Below are positions 1 through 7,662 of a stretch of DNA of 36,244 nucleotides, piece by piece. The position numbers and the translations under genes were made by a program. Source of the stretch: a virus (Duplodnaviria; Caudoviricetes); IMG/VR virus record IMGVR_UViG_3300043932_000292, positions 1 to 36,244 of that record, one strand, 5' to 3'. Each line of letters begins with the position of its first letter. Position 1 is the stretch's first letter. The notes under the pieces were generated by a model. The model was not told the DNA's origin. It saw only the letters and a program-made list of their open reading frames with translations, and did no database searches.

Positions 1-231
1 ATGAAAACACGAGTAAAAGAACTTCGTACTGCAGCTGAATTAACCCAACAGCAATTAGCTAACTTGGTCCATGTTTCTTCACGCACCATTATTTCTATCG
101 AAACAGGACAGTATAGTCCTTCTCTTCTGCTGGCATATCGGATAGCGCAGATCTTTGGGGTCACCGTGGAAGATTTATGCTGCCTAAAAAAAAATAAAGA
201 ATTGGAAGATAAGCAATATGAAAATTTATAA
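1..231 (+). CDS. XRE/Cro-family helix-turn-helix transcriptional regulator (outside the prophage att)
   Basis: 76 aa with the HTH_3 pattern 'LTQQQLANLVHVSSRTIISIETGQYSPSL...IAQIFGVTVEDL'. Confidence 0.9.
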   Translation: MKTRVKELRTAAELTQQQLANLVHVSSRTIISIETGQYSPSLLLAYRIAQIFGVTVEDLCCLKKNKELEDKQYENL

Positions 232-622
232 CAAAAAGTCTTTTATTTCAGGAATAACTTCATTTCTTTTAAGCTTAGCACTGTTATTGTGCTGTATTTT
301 TAAAACATTTGATATTAAGTCAGTTTTATTGATAATCGCATTGTTTCTCTTCGGAATGGATGAAATACGGAGAAGTACATCGTATCAAATGTCAAAGCAA
401 GATAAGGTTGACGATCTGGATGAAAGAAATCATTTGATTCGATTGAAGTCGAAAAGCAATGCATTTAATGTTACACAGATAGTCTGTTTTATCTTGATGG
501 TTGCTTTTACTATCACAAAAGAACCGTTTCTTACTTACGCTGGAGTTGGACTGACCTTCGGTTTCAACATTTCAATGATAGCTGAGATTATCTCTAGCAT
601 TTATTATGAAAAGCACACTTAA
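218..622 (+). CDS. Small multi-TM membrane protein with DER motif (DUF2178-like)
   Basis: About 4 hydrophobic segments around a central 'DERN' motif; overlaps the XRE gene end, typical of HTH plus membrane-protein operons. Confidence 0.65.
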   Translation: MKIYNKKSFISGITSFLLSLALLLCCIFKTFDIKSVLLIIALFLFGMDEIRRSTSYQMSKQDKVDDLDERNHLIRLKSKSNAFNVTQIVCFILMVAFTITKEPFLTYAGVGLTFGFNISMIAEIISSIYYEKHT

Positions 623-637
623 AGGAGGACAAATTTT

Positions 638-1072
638 ATGTCTGAAAAAAAAGATCTGCCAAAAATAAAAAGTCAAAGTAACTTTGTGTATGGCTGTATA
701 AGTACCATCCTTGCCATTGTTTGTTTGGCGGGATTGTTCATAAAATTCGAATGGCGCTTTCTGATTGCTGGAATTTTTCTAATTGTTCTGGCCATGGTAA
801 ACTATTCTCTTGCCTTTTCACAAAAAGGAACCTTAGAACATCTTGCAGACAGTACTGATGAACGGGATATCTACATAACGATGAAAAGCAGTCGATTAAC
901 ACTAAAATTATTGAATTACATTCTATGCACAGGTTGTTTTACCTTCTTAGCTTTATATGGAATGTTAAAATTACAGATTTTTCTTATCATTTCAATAACT
1001 TTATGTGTTGTGCTTTGTATATTATTTATCGTTGCGCTGCTTGTTAATATTCACTGCGAAAAGCATAGCTAA
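638..1072 (+). CDS. Second multi-TM membrane protein with DER motif, paralog-like to 218..622
   Basis: RBS AAGGAGG; 'DERDIYITMKSS' resembles 'DERNHLIRLKSK'; both end in 'EKH(S/T)'. Confidence 0.65.
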   Translation: MSEKKDLPKIKSQSNFVYGCISTILAIVCLAGLFIKFEWRFLIAGIFLIVLAMVNYSLAFSQKGTLEHLADSTDERDIYITMKSSRLTLKLLNYILCTGCFTFLALYGMLKLQIFLIISITLCVVLCILFIVALLVNIHCEKHS

Positions 1073-1238
1073 AACATCATTGTTTAGATCAATGAATAAG
1101 CGTGATTGTGAAAACTGATGTGAATACCAATCAACACGCACGTATCGTAGAAGAATCAGTAATAAGTTCACTGAGGTTTTTCCCGGTGAACTTATTCTTA
1201 TATTGTTATGCATGTTTCTTTCTAAAAAGCGGCATAAG

Positions 1239-1285
1239 AAAAGCCGCATCAAAAAGCCTTATATTGGCTTTCCAATGCGGTTTTT
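1239..1285. terminator. Hairpin/bidirectional terminator immediately 3' of the tRNA fragment
   Basis: AAAAGCCGCAT (1239-1249) pairs with ATGCGGTTTTT (1275-1285), with inner AAAGCC/GGCTTT pairing. Confidence 0.6.
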
Positions 1286-1299
1286 CGGCTGTTAAAATC

Positions 1300-1322
1300 T
1301 GGTCGAGGTGACTGGATTCGAA
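1300..1322 (-). other. Prophage att core: duplicated 3' end of tRNA-Pro
   Basis: Reverse complement is TTCGAATCCAGTCACCTCGACCA: T-loop TTCGAAT, acceptor strand CACCTCG, discriminator A, CCA. G72/A73 fits tRNA-Pro. No 5' tRNA half follows; lies 140 bp from the integrase stop. Confidence 0.85.
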
Positions 1323-1437
1323 TGACAATATAAATGTTTTTTAATTTTTCATAATACTCAAAAAACGTGATTCCCATGCGGTTTTACAGCTCTGTATGTT
1401 TTATGAAATATTATAGCATACCATCATATTTCACAGT

Positions 1438-1459
1438 AATAACGACCAAATAACGACCA
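1438..1459. repeat. Tandem 11-bp direct repeat, candidate integrase arm-type site
   Basis: AATAACGACCA x2 between the att core and the integrase stop. Confidence 0.55.
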
Positions 1460-1462
1460 AAA

Positions 1463-2851
1463 TCAAGCCCGTTTTTTATTTCCGGAAAGCACAACTTCAA
1501 GGGCTGCAGACGCTGCAGCATCTGCACTTTGAAGCTGATGCGCATAAATGTTCATTGTTGTACTTGTTTGACTATGTCCCAATCTTCCGGACACAGTACG
1601 GACATCTATTCCCTGACCAATTAAAAGAGTGGCACTTGTATGGCGAAGAGAATGAAGAGATACCGAAGGTAAATTCGCTCTCTTTAATATCCTTTTCAGA
1701 TGATTAAGTGGGGTACTTGAAGACATTGGAGTTCCATCACTATTAGTAAATAACCATGGATGATTTTCCCATTCGTTGTTCCACCTATCCCCCATCGCTA
1801 AACGATGTGAATTTTGACTGGCCCTATAAGCCCGTAAAAGAGACATTATCCCACTAGTAACACGAATAGAACGTTTTGAGCGCACTGTCTTTGTAGTATC
1901 TTCATACATTCCTTTTCCAACTGCATACTGTGAAGTTCGGCGAACAGAAAGTACTTCCGCATCAAAATTAATATCCTGCCATTCTAATCCTAGGAGCTCT
2001 CCGCGGCGCATCCCTGTATAAAGTGCCAATGTAAAAAGCGTCTGATCTTCTATCGACTCATGTTTCAGCTGCTCTAATAATATTACTGACTGCTTATCAT
2101 CTAAACACTGAATATCATGCTCAGGGACACGCGGAGGATCTACTCGTCTGCATGGATTATCCTTTATGATCTGCCATTTTACTGCTCTTTCCAAAATAGT
2201 GGAAATTACACAATGATATTCACGAATGGTCTTTGCTGATAAGTGATCTCCGGAATACTCGATTGTAAATAACGTTTTAATTGGTTGATTAAGAGCTTGC
2301 GCAATTTTTTCTGCACTGCTCTTATTAACACTATGTCCGGATTCTGCCGTCTTTATTGTCGATGGAGCTAACCCTGCACGCTGTGCAATAGTCTGTACAT
2401 CCGTATGCGCCCTTGCTGCCTTGATAACATCCGGCTTCGGAAAATATCGAATTTTGCCACACTGATTTGTAGTTTCTAATTGGTGATAAAATTTCATAAT
2501 ATGTTGTGGTTGTAGTCTATTAAGATGGATATGTCCAATAGCTGGATAAATTCTGTCCATCGCTCTCCTATACCCCTCTATTGTTTTTTTGCGGAGGCGA
2601 TTTTCAGCGTATTCTTCAAACCATTTTTCCGCGAAATCTTGGAACTTGATATTTGAATCGGTATATAGTCCGGCCTTAATATCCTCATCGAATAATACTT
2701 TTTGTCGCTCCAATTCTTTCCCTATTTGATTTTTTGTCATTCCTTCTTTTGGAGTCCATGTTTTAGATCGCATAATCTGCTTTCCATATACGTCATATCC
2801 AGCAGATGCACGGATTCGATATGAATTTCCTCTTTTTTGTACAGTTGCCAT
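1463..2851 (-). CDS. int: Tyrosine integrase with an internal XRE-like HTH insertion
   Basis: Catalytic motifs 'TGMRRGELLGL', 'HSLRH', 'RLGHS', 'MNIYAH'; ATG at 2851 with AGGAGGA 9 nt upstream. Confidence 0.95.
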   Translation of the reverse strand: MATVQKRGNSYRIRASAGYDVYGKQIMRSKTWTPKEGMTKNQIGKELERQKVLFDEDIKAGLYTDSNIKFQDFAEKWFEEYAENRLRKKTIEGYRRAMDRIYPAIGHIHLNRLQPQHIMKFYHQLETTNQCGKIRYFPKPDVIKAARAHTDVQTIAQRAGLAPSTIKTAESGHSVNKSSAEKIAQALNQPIKTLFTIEYSGDHLSAKTIREYHCVISTILERAVKWQIIKDNPCRRVDPPRVPEHDIQCLDDKQSVILLEQLKHESIEDQTLFTLALYTGMRRGELLGLEWQDINFDAEVLSVRRTSQYAVGKGMYEDTTKTVRSKRSIRVTSGIMSLLRAYRASQNSHRLAMGDRWNNEWENHPWLFTNSDGTPMSSSTPLNHLKRILKRANLPSVSLHSLRHTSATLLIGQGIDVRTVSGRLGHSQTSTTMNIYAHQLQSADAAASAALEVVLSGNKKRA

Positions 2852-2894
2852 GTGTACCAATCCTCCTAAAAATAGGCATAAAAATGCCCGGCAC

Positions 2895-3002
2895 TTGATT
2901 TTTAGCCGGACGACTGGTACAATATGGTTGCATTATTGCTAGTCGGCTCCGGCCGATGATTCCGCTCTCTGGTGCTGGTAACGCCGGAAGGCGGATTTTT
3001 TT
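2895..3002 (+). ncRNA. Putative antisense small-RNA cassette upstream of int (promoter, hairpin, U-tract)
   Basis: TTGATT(2895)-17-TACAAT(2918) with extended TG; GC-rich hairpin TCCGC...GTGCTGGTAACGC...GCGGA followed by a T run. Confidence 0.55.
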
Positions 3003-3017
3003 ATTTAATTACTTTTA

Positions 3018-3602
3018 TTACTTCAAATCGTAATTCTGTTCTCCTAATTTTTCTCCGCCTATTCCTATAGTGGCCTTAAGGGTAACAGGAGTTGTAGTAT
3101 CAGATAAAACATATGCTATTGCGTTTTCTACCGTGCCACCCTTTTTAATCTCTTGTATTTGAGATTGCAAGAATTGGTCATCGGGGAGTTCCGCTATGCT
3201 CAAAGTGTTTATTTTATTAGGATCGTTATCCTGTATTGCTTCAAACATTGGAATCCAAGCCGCTATTGGGCTAATTTTTTCTTTTCCAGAAAGATTCGTC
3301 GTCTTATACCAAAAAGCGATTATCGGACTTTCACTATCTTTATTTCCTTTTTCTCCTGGTTGTATAATCTTATATTTCTCAATTTCAATCTTGACATCTT
3401 CCTCTACTAAAATATTATCTTTAAAATAATATTTTGCTTGGGGTGCAGAACTAACCGGCGCAGAGCTACTACTTACAGCGACCGATGAGGAAGCCTTACT
3501 GGAAGACGCTGTTCCTTCTCCACAAGCAGTCATTTCCAAACACATAACTGTTGCTATCAAAAAACAAATTACCTTTTTCATAAAATCTCTCCATTTTATC
3601 AC
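3018..3602 (-). CDS. Lipoprotein of the lysogeny module (DUF5067-like; possible superinfection exclusion)
   Basis: 'MKKVICFLIATVMCLEMTAC' signal peptide and lipobox (true start probably the second Met), Ser-rich linker, beta-rich globular domain. Confidence 0.7.
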   Translation of the reverse strand: MIKWRDFMKKVICFLIATVMCLEMTACGEGTASSSKASSSVAVSSSSAPVSSAPQAKYYFKDNILVEEDVKIEIEKYKIIQPGEKGNKDSESPIIAFWYKTTNLSGKEKISPIAAWIPMFEAIQDNDPNKINTLSIAELPDDQFLQSQIQEIKKGGTVENAIAYVLSDTTTPVTLKATIGIGGEKLGEQNYDLK

Positions 3603-3625
3603 TAACAGATTCTAAATAATCCGTT

Positions 3626-4054
3626 TTATTTCACGCTAAATGACAGCCCGCAATTTTCTATATAATAATGAATAGCCCATTTAATTGCAGTTTCCGGAAC
3701 GTCAAAATACTCGGCAAGCTGCCACGGCTCTGTATATCCATCTTGAATGGCCGCTTGTATTTTTTCAAACGGAAGAAAATGCTTTACTGCCCAGCTATTA
3801 GCTTTATGTTCATGTTTTTGAACCAAATCCAGTGAACTGCTTACTTTATGTGTGCATCCAGTAACACAATGACCTGTTTCGTGTGCTATGGCTCTCTTTG
3901 TTTCCGCCAATGATGGAAACCGAGTAATATCAATAAATATTCCATATTGTTTATTTAGCTCAATCGTGGCACTCTTGACTTCTCCAACATTGTATTGGTA
4001 CAGAAAAATTCCATGATTCTGTATTTCTTTATATAAATCTGAAAATTCAACCAT
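3626..4054 (-). CDS. ImmA/IrrE-family metallopeptidase (anti-repressor)
   Basis: HExxH motif 'AHETGH', downstream 'EHKANSWA', C-terminal 'LAEYFDVP'; adjacent to the repressor. Confidence 0.9.
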   Translation of the reverse strand: MVEFSDLYKEIQNHGIFLYQYNVGEVKSATIELNKQYGIFIDITRFPSLAETKRAIAHETGHCVTGCTHKVSSSLDLVQKHEHKANSWAVKHFLPFEKIQAAIQDGYTEPWQLAEYFDVPETAIKWAIHYYIENCGLSFSVK

Positions 4055-4058
4055 GAAT

Positions 4059-4424
4059 TTAATCCTCTGACTTCTTTTCTTTATCTTGTTGCATTTTAAA
4101 GAATCGTGCCATTTCCAATAACTTATTTTTATTTTCTTCTGTCAGTTCTTTTGACTCATCTAAAAGGGCATAACTAAAATCATCAAAAGTAATATCTTCA
4201 GGCTTCTTCTCATTCAGAGAGGAAGCCTTTTCTTTTTTTCCGGACATAATTTCAGGCACTGAAATGCCGAAATAATCCGCTATTTTTTGTGCAGTTGCAT
4301 CTGTTGGCATACTTCCCTTTTTCCACCTTGTTACCGTTGACTTCTGTAATCCGATTTCTAGTACCACTGCACTTGGCGATTTGTTCACTGAATTGCATAG
4401 TTTTACAAAGTTGTCATAAAACAC
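4059..4424 (-). CDS. CI/ImmR-like XRE repressor
   Basis: N-terminal HTH 'SPSAVVLEIGLQKSTVTRWKKG...KIADYFGIS'; no S24 protease domain; GTG start with AGGAG. Confidence 0.9.
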   Translation of the reverse strand: MFYDNFVKLCNSVNKSPSAVVLEIGLQKSTVTRWKKGSMPTDATAQKIADYFGISVPEIMSGKKEKASSLNEKKPEDITFDDFSYALLDESKELTEENKNKLLEMARFFKMQQDKEKKSED

Positions 4425-4484
4425 AATTTAACACTCCTTAAATTGTGCATCCATACAAACGTTGCAAAAGTACGCTAAAAAGCG

Positions 4485-4513
4485 TTGACAGTTGCATGAG
4501 TTCACTATATAAT
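4485..4513 (+). promoter_or_regulatory. Lytic (rightward) sigmaA promoter
   Basis: Perfect TTGACA-17-TATAAT. Confidence 0.9.
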
Positions 4514-4592
4514 AACGATTGTAGGTTGCATAAGTTAACAAAGCGCTCCAGTTTGAGAGAACGCCTTGTGTACTATTTGAACTTTCATTTTA

Positions 4593-4621
4593 ATAATATC
4601 ACATGGTGTTAACTTTTTCAA
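4593..4621 (-). promoter_or_regulatory. Lysogenic (leftward) sigmaA promoter, convergent with the lytic promoter
   Basis: Minus strand TTGAAA-17-TATTAT with extended TG. Confidence 0.7.
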
Positions 4622-4651
4622 CCCTAAAATTTAAAAAAGGAGGGAACAGGT

Positions 4652-4843
4652 TTGCCTGATAAATGGACAGGGAACGTTGTAGGAAAAATGCACGTCAACC
4701 GCATTACCTATGATGAACTTGCTGAAAGACTAGGCTTCACAAAGTCCTATGTATCCATGATTCTCAATGGTTCCAGACATCCAGTAGGAGCCAAAGAAAA
4801 AATCAGCACTGCACTGGATGAACTTATCAAGCAGAAAAAATGA
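4652..4843 (+). CDS. Cro-like HTH protein
   Basis: 'ITYDELAERLGFTKSYVSMILNG'; RBS AGGAGG; divergent from the repressor. Confidence 0.85.
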   Translation: MPDKWTGNVVGKMHVNRITYDELAERLGFTKSYVSMILNGSRHPVGAKEKISTALDELIKQKK

Positions 4844-4867
4844 GGTCTTAGAAAGGAGGTATTTAAA

Positions 4868-5101
4868 ATGCGTATGAGAACACTACCAGAAGCTGCAAGG
4901 ATTTTAAAAAAGGAGGATCCAAATACAGCCATCACATTAACTGCACTTCGTCGATTGGTTAAAGAAAAAAGAATTCCCGTTGCTTGGATGACTAAAAAGA
5001 AACCACTTGTAGATGTTGATCGACTAGATGAGTTCATTTATTCTGCCTGTCCGAATGTAGCAGCTTCAACTTTAACAGGAATTCATCGAATTCCTGAATA
5101 A
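4868..5101 (+). CDS. Excisionase-like DNA-binding protein
   Basis: 'MRTLPEAA...LRRLVKEKRIP...LVDVDRL', MerR/Xis-like winged helix; RBS AGGAGG. Confidence 0.7.
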   Translation: MRMRTLPEAARILKKEDPNTAITLTALRRLVKEKRIPVAWMTKKKPLVDVDRLDEFIYSACPNVAASTLTGIHRIPE

Positions 5102-5118
5102 TGTAAGGAGGCATCAGC

Positions 5119-5298
5119 ATGAATCTATTTGAGTACATAGGCTTGATCGCTGTCGTATCGATTGCGATCCGCACCATTAAAGCAATCTCGATTGAACGTT
5201 ACCGCAAAAAGGCCATGCGCAACTGGGCACATGAAAAGCGACAAATCGATCGCACAAAATTACAAAATCGTGAAGAAATGAAGCACAGCTATGAATGA
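5119..5298 (+). CDS. Un-called 59-aa protein with an N-terminal TM helix
   Basis: RBS AAGGAGG; MNLFEYIGLIAVVSIAIRTIKAISIERYRKKAMRNWAHEKRQIDRTKLQNREEMKHSYE*. Confidence 0.7.
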   Translation: MNLFEYIGLIAVVSIAIRTIKAISIERYRKKAMRNWAHEKRQIDRTKLQNREEMKHSYE

Positions 5299-7321
5299 AC
5301 ATAAAAATACCGCCCAGAGCGCTACCAACACTCGGGACGGAAAGAAAACTATCAATAATTTAAAAGTACCGCAGAATGAAGGATTTGTCAAGGGTAGAAG
5401 CCTGAATTTGATTTCACTCAATCTCCAAAACTTTCGCGGATGCAAGCACTACAATATGGCATTCGGCTGCAAAAGAGCATCCATCTATGGTGCAAACGGT
5501 GCCGGAAAAAGTACGCTGGCAGATGGATACACCTGGCTTCTGACTGGGAAGGATCAACAGGGACGATCGGATTATGAGATTCTCCCGGTCGGATCCACAG
5601 AAGGAATTGAATCCTCGGTCACTGCATCATTCAGCAATTCCCAAAATGGAGATCAGTTCACTCTTCGCCGGGTGTACAAGCCTGTATTTACCCGCAAACG
5701 TGGAGAATCCGAGAAGCACCGTACGGGAAACACCACCGACTATTACATAAATGATGTTCCTTATAAGGCAGGAGACTACAGCAAATTCATAGAGGAGCAT
5801 ATTGGCACAGAAGAAGATATCCTCACGGTTTCGCGTGTTGATTATTTTGCACAGGTTATGAAGCCGGATGCCAGACGTCAGAAACTGCTGGATTTGTTTG
5901 CTAACGGTGTGGATGATCAAAGCGTCATTGTCCATCATTCGGAATTGGCTTCCCTCGGTGAGCTGCTCGGTACCTACACCATGGATGATTGTGTAAAGCG
6001 CTGGAAAGCACAGCGCCGAAAAGTCAATGAGGATAAAGATGCAATCCCCGGCCGCATTGATGAAGCCGAACGGGCAAAGCCGGATATTGAAAGCATTGAA
6101 ACCGATTCTGCGCGTCTTCCTAAATTAGCAGCAGAGCGTCTGAAAATCCGCAGCAAAATTGATGATATGCGCTCCGGAGAATCAGCTGCCGGCATTCGAA
6201 AAGAAATCAGCAGGCTTCAAGCGGACGCAGAACAGGTCAGAGCAGATTATATCCGAAAATCTTCCGGGGACAACACGGCTCTTGAAAATCAGATCTCCGT
6301 GCTGCGAAAGGATTTATCCGATCTTCAGGCCAAAGCTGCAAAATCAGAATCAAGTGCATCTTCAGAAGCGACACTAGCTGCAGGACTAAAAAAAGAGATT
6401 GAAGAACTGCGTCAGAAGGCTTTCGCGGAACACGATAAAGAATTTGATGCAGAAAATGGGAAATGCCCCACTTGCGGACAACCTTATCCCCCTGAAATGC
6501 TGGAAGAAATGCGCGGAAATTTCAATGCAGAAAAAGCAGAAAACCTCACCAACCTGTCCACTCATGGGAAAGAATTAAAATCCACCTATAACGAGCTGAA
6601 AAAGCAGGTGCAATTCGACAGCACTGCTGCCAAAGAAGCACAGTTTAATGCAGATCATCTGCAGCAAAAGCTCTTAGGACTTCAAAAAATGTTTGTCACT
6701 CCCCCAGCTTGGGAAACCACACCGGCCTATGCTGATTTTCAGAAACAAATTGCGGATGCAAAGCATTCTCTGGAAGTCATTTCTTCCGCATCTGATAAGC
6801 AAGTACAAACCTTGCAGGCAGATCTTGCATCTATCGATTCGGAAATAAACGCTATTCAGCAGCGAAAGTCCAATCTGGAACTGATCAAGCGGCAGGACGC
6901 CCGCATCGAGGAACTGAAAGCCCAGGAAAAGAAACTCGGAATACAGCTTGCCAACCTGGACAACCTGCTGTATCTGGCTGATCGGTTCGTACAGCTGAAA
7001 GCTTCCGATGTGGAAGCCGAAGTCAATGAATCTTTCCATTCTGTCCGCTGGAAACTGTTTGAAATGCAAGTCAACGGCGGTGTAAAAGCCTGCTGTGAAG
7101 CGCAGGTAAACGGAAAGGATTACGGCAGCCTAAGCAACGCCGAGAAAGTAAATGCCGGACTTGATATTGTAAATACGCTCGGTGAAAAGATGGGCTTAGT
7201 CCTGCCGGTTTGGATTGATAATGCGGAAAGCATTTCACACCCGATGGAGATTTGCGCACAAATTATCAACTTGTATGTATCTGATCAAGATCAGCAATTA
7301 AGGACGGAGGTAGAAAGATGA
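5291..7321 (+). CDS. SMC/Rad50-like AAA ATPase (phage recombination)
   Basis: Walker A 'GANGAGKST', long coiled coil with 'CPTCG' zinc hook, signature 'LSNAE', Walker B 'VWIDNAE'; exact start uncertain. Confidence 0.9.
   Translation: MNEHKNTAQSATNTRDGKKTINNLKVPQNEGFVKGRSLNLISLNLQNFRGCKHYNMAFGCKRASIYGANGAGKSTLADGYTWLLTGKDQQGRSDYEILPVGSTEGIESSVTASFSNSQNGDQFTLRRVYKPVFTRKRGESEKHRTGNTTDYYINDVPYKAGDYSKFIEEHIGTEEDILTVSRVDYFAQVMKPDARRQKLLDLFANGVDDQSVIVHHSELASLGELLGTYTMDDCVKRWKAQRRKVNEDKDAIPGRIDEAERAKPDIESIETDSARLPKLAAERLKIRSKIDDMRSGESAAGIRKEISRLQADAEQVRADYIRKSSGDNTALENQISVLRKDLSDLQAKAAKSESSASSEATLAAGLKKEIEELRQKAFAEHDKEFDAENGKCPTCGQPYPPEMLEEMRGNFNAEKAENLTNLSTHGKELKSTYNELKKQVQFDSTAAKEAQFNADHLQQKLLGLQKMFVTPPAWETTPAYADFQKQIADAKHSLEVISSASDKQVQTLQADLASIDSEINAIQQRKSNLELIKRQDARIEELKAQEKKLGIQLANLDNLLYLADRFVQLKASDVEAEVNESFHSVRWKLFEMQVNGGVKACCEAQVNGKDYGSLSNAEKVNAGLDIVNTLGEKMGLVLPVWIDNAESISHPMEICAQIINLYVSDQDQQLRTEVER
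5302..5391 (-). ncRNA. Second putative antisense small-RNA cassette, homologous to 2895..3002
   Basis: Minus strand TTGACA(5391)-17-TACTTT, then hairpin CCGTCCCGA-GTGTTGGTAGCGC-TCTGGGCGG and TATTTTT. Confidence 0.55.
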
Positions 7322-7662
7322 GAGTACCAGAAGTTTTAAAAGAATTTGGAGTTCCTATGAACGTCAGAGGATATCAATATCTCAAGGCGGCAATTCAGTC
7401 TGAACTTGATAAAGAGGAAATACTTGGGATTAACCTTAATCAATACACCTATCCGGCTATTGCAGAAAAATATCATGTTACCTCAACGAGTGTTGAAAGA
7501 TGCTGCCGGCATGCGATCAGCCTCGGGTTCAAGACTGCTGCTCCGGAAACTATAAAAAGATATTTCGGAAATTCAATTCACAGCAGAACCGGGATTCCCA
7601 CTGTCAGCGAATTTATTTCTGCTTTAGCAAACTATATGAAAGAATCGGAGGAAAAATCATGA
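7318..7662 (+). CDS. Stand-alone Spo0A C-terminal DNA-binding domain protein (no receiver domain)
   Basis: 'GVP...GYQYL..AI', 'YPAIAEKY', 'SVERCCRHAI' and 'PTVSEFI' match the Spo0A CTD motifs GVPAHIKGY, YPDIAKK, RVERAIRHAI and PTNSEFI. Confidence 0.9.
   Translation: MRVPEVLKEFGVPMNVRGYQYLKAAIQSELDKEEILGINLNQYTYPAIAEKYHVTSTSVERCCRHAISLGFKTAAPETIKRYFGNSIHSRTGIPTVSEFISALANYMKESEEKS

Larger units (their letters stand above)
4461..4622. promoter_or_regulatory. Genetic-switch operator array (about five 15-bp sites, GTTGCAWRAGTWMRC-like)
   Basis: GTTGCAAAAGTACGC 4461, GTTGCATGAGTTCAC 4491, GTTGCATAAGTTAAC 4525; inverted copies at 4568-4582 and 4608-4622. Confidence 0.75.

Noticed and set aside
1022-1311. 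Two short overlapping ORFs from the track
   Set aside because: Overlap the terminator and att core; no RBS or protein-like features
1300-1322. Complete tRNA gene
   Set aside because: Only the T-loop and 3' acceptor strand are present
7500-7658. Extended N-termini given by the ORF track for several genes (7500, 10889, 11239, 20720, 21525, 22067, 25306, 27752, 31455)
   Set aside because: Downstream ATGs with an RBS or stop-start coupling give better starts
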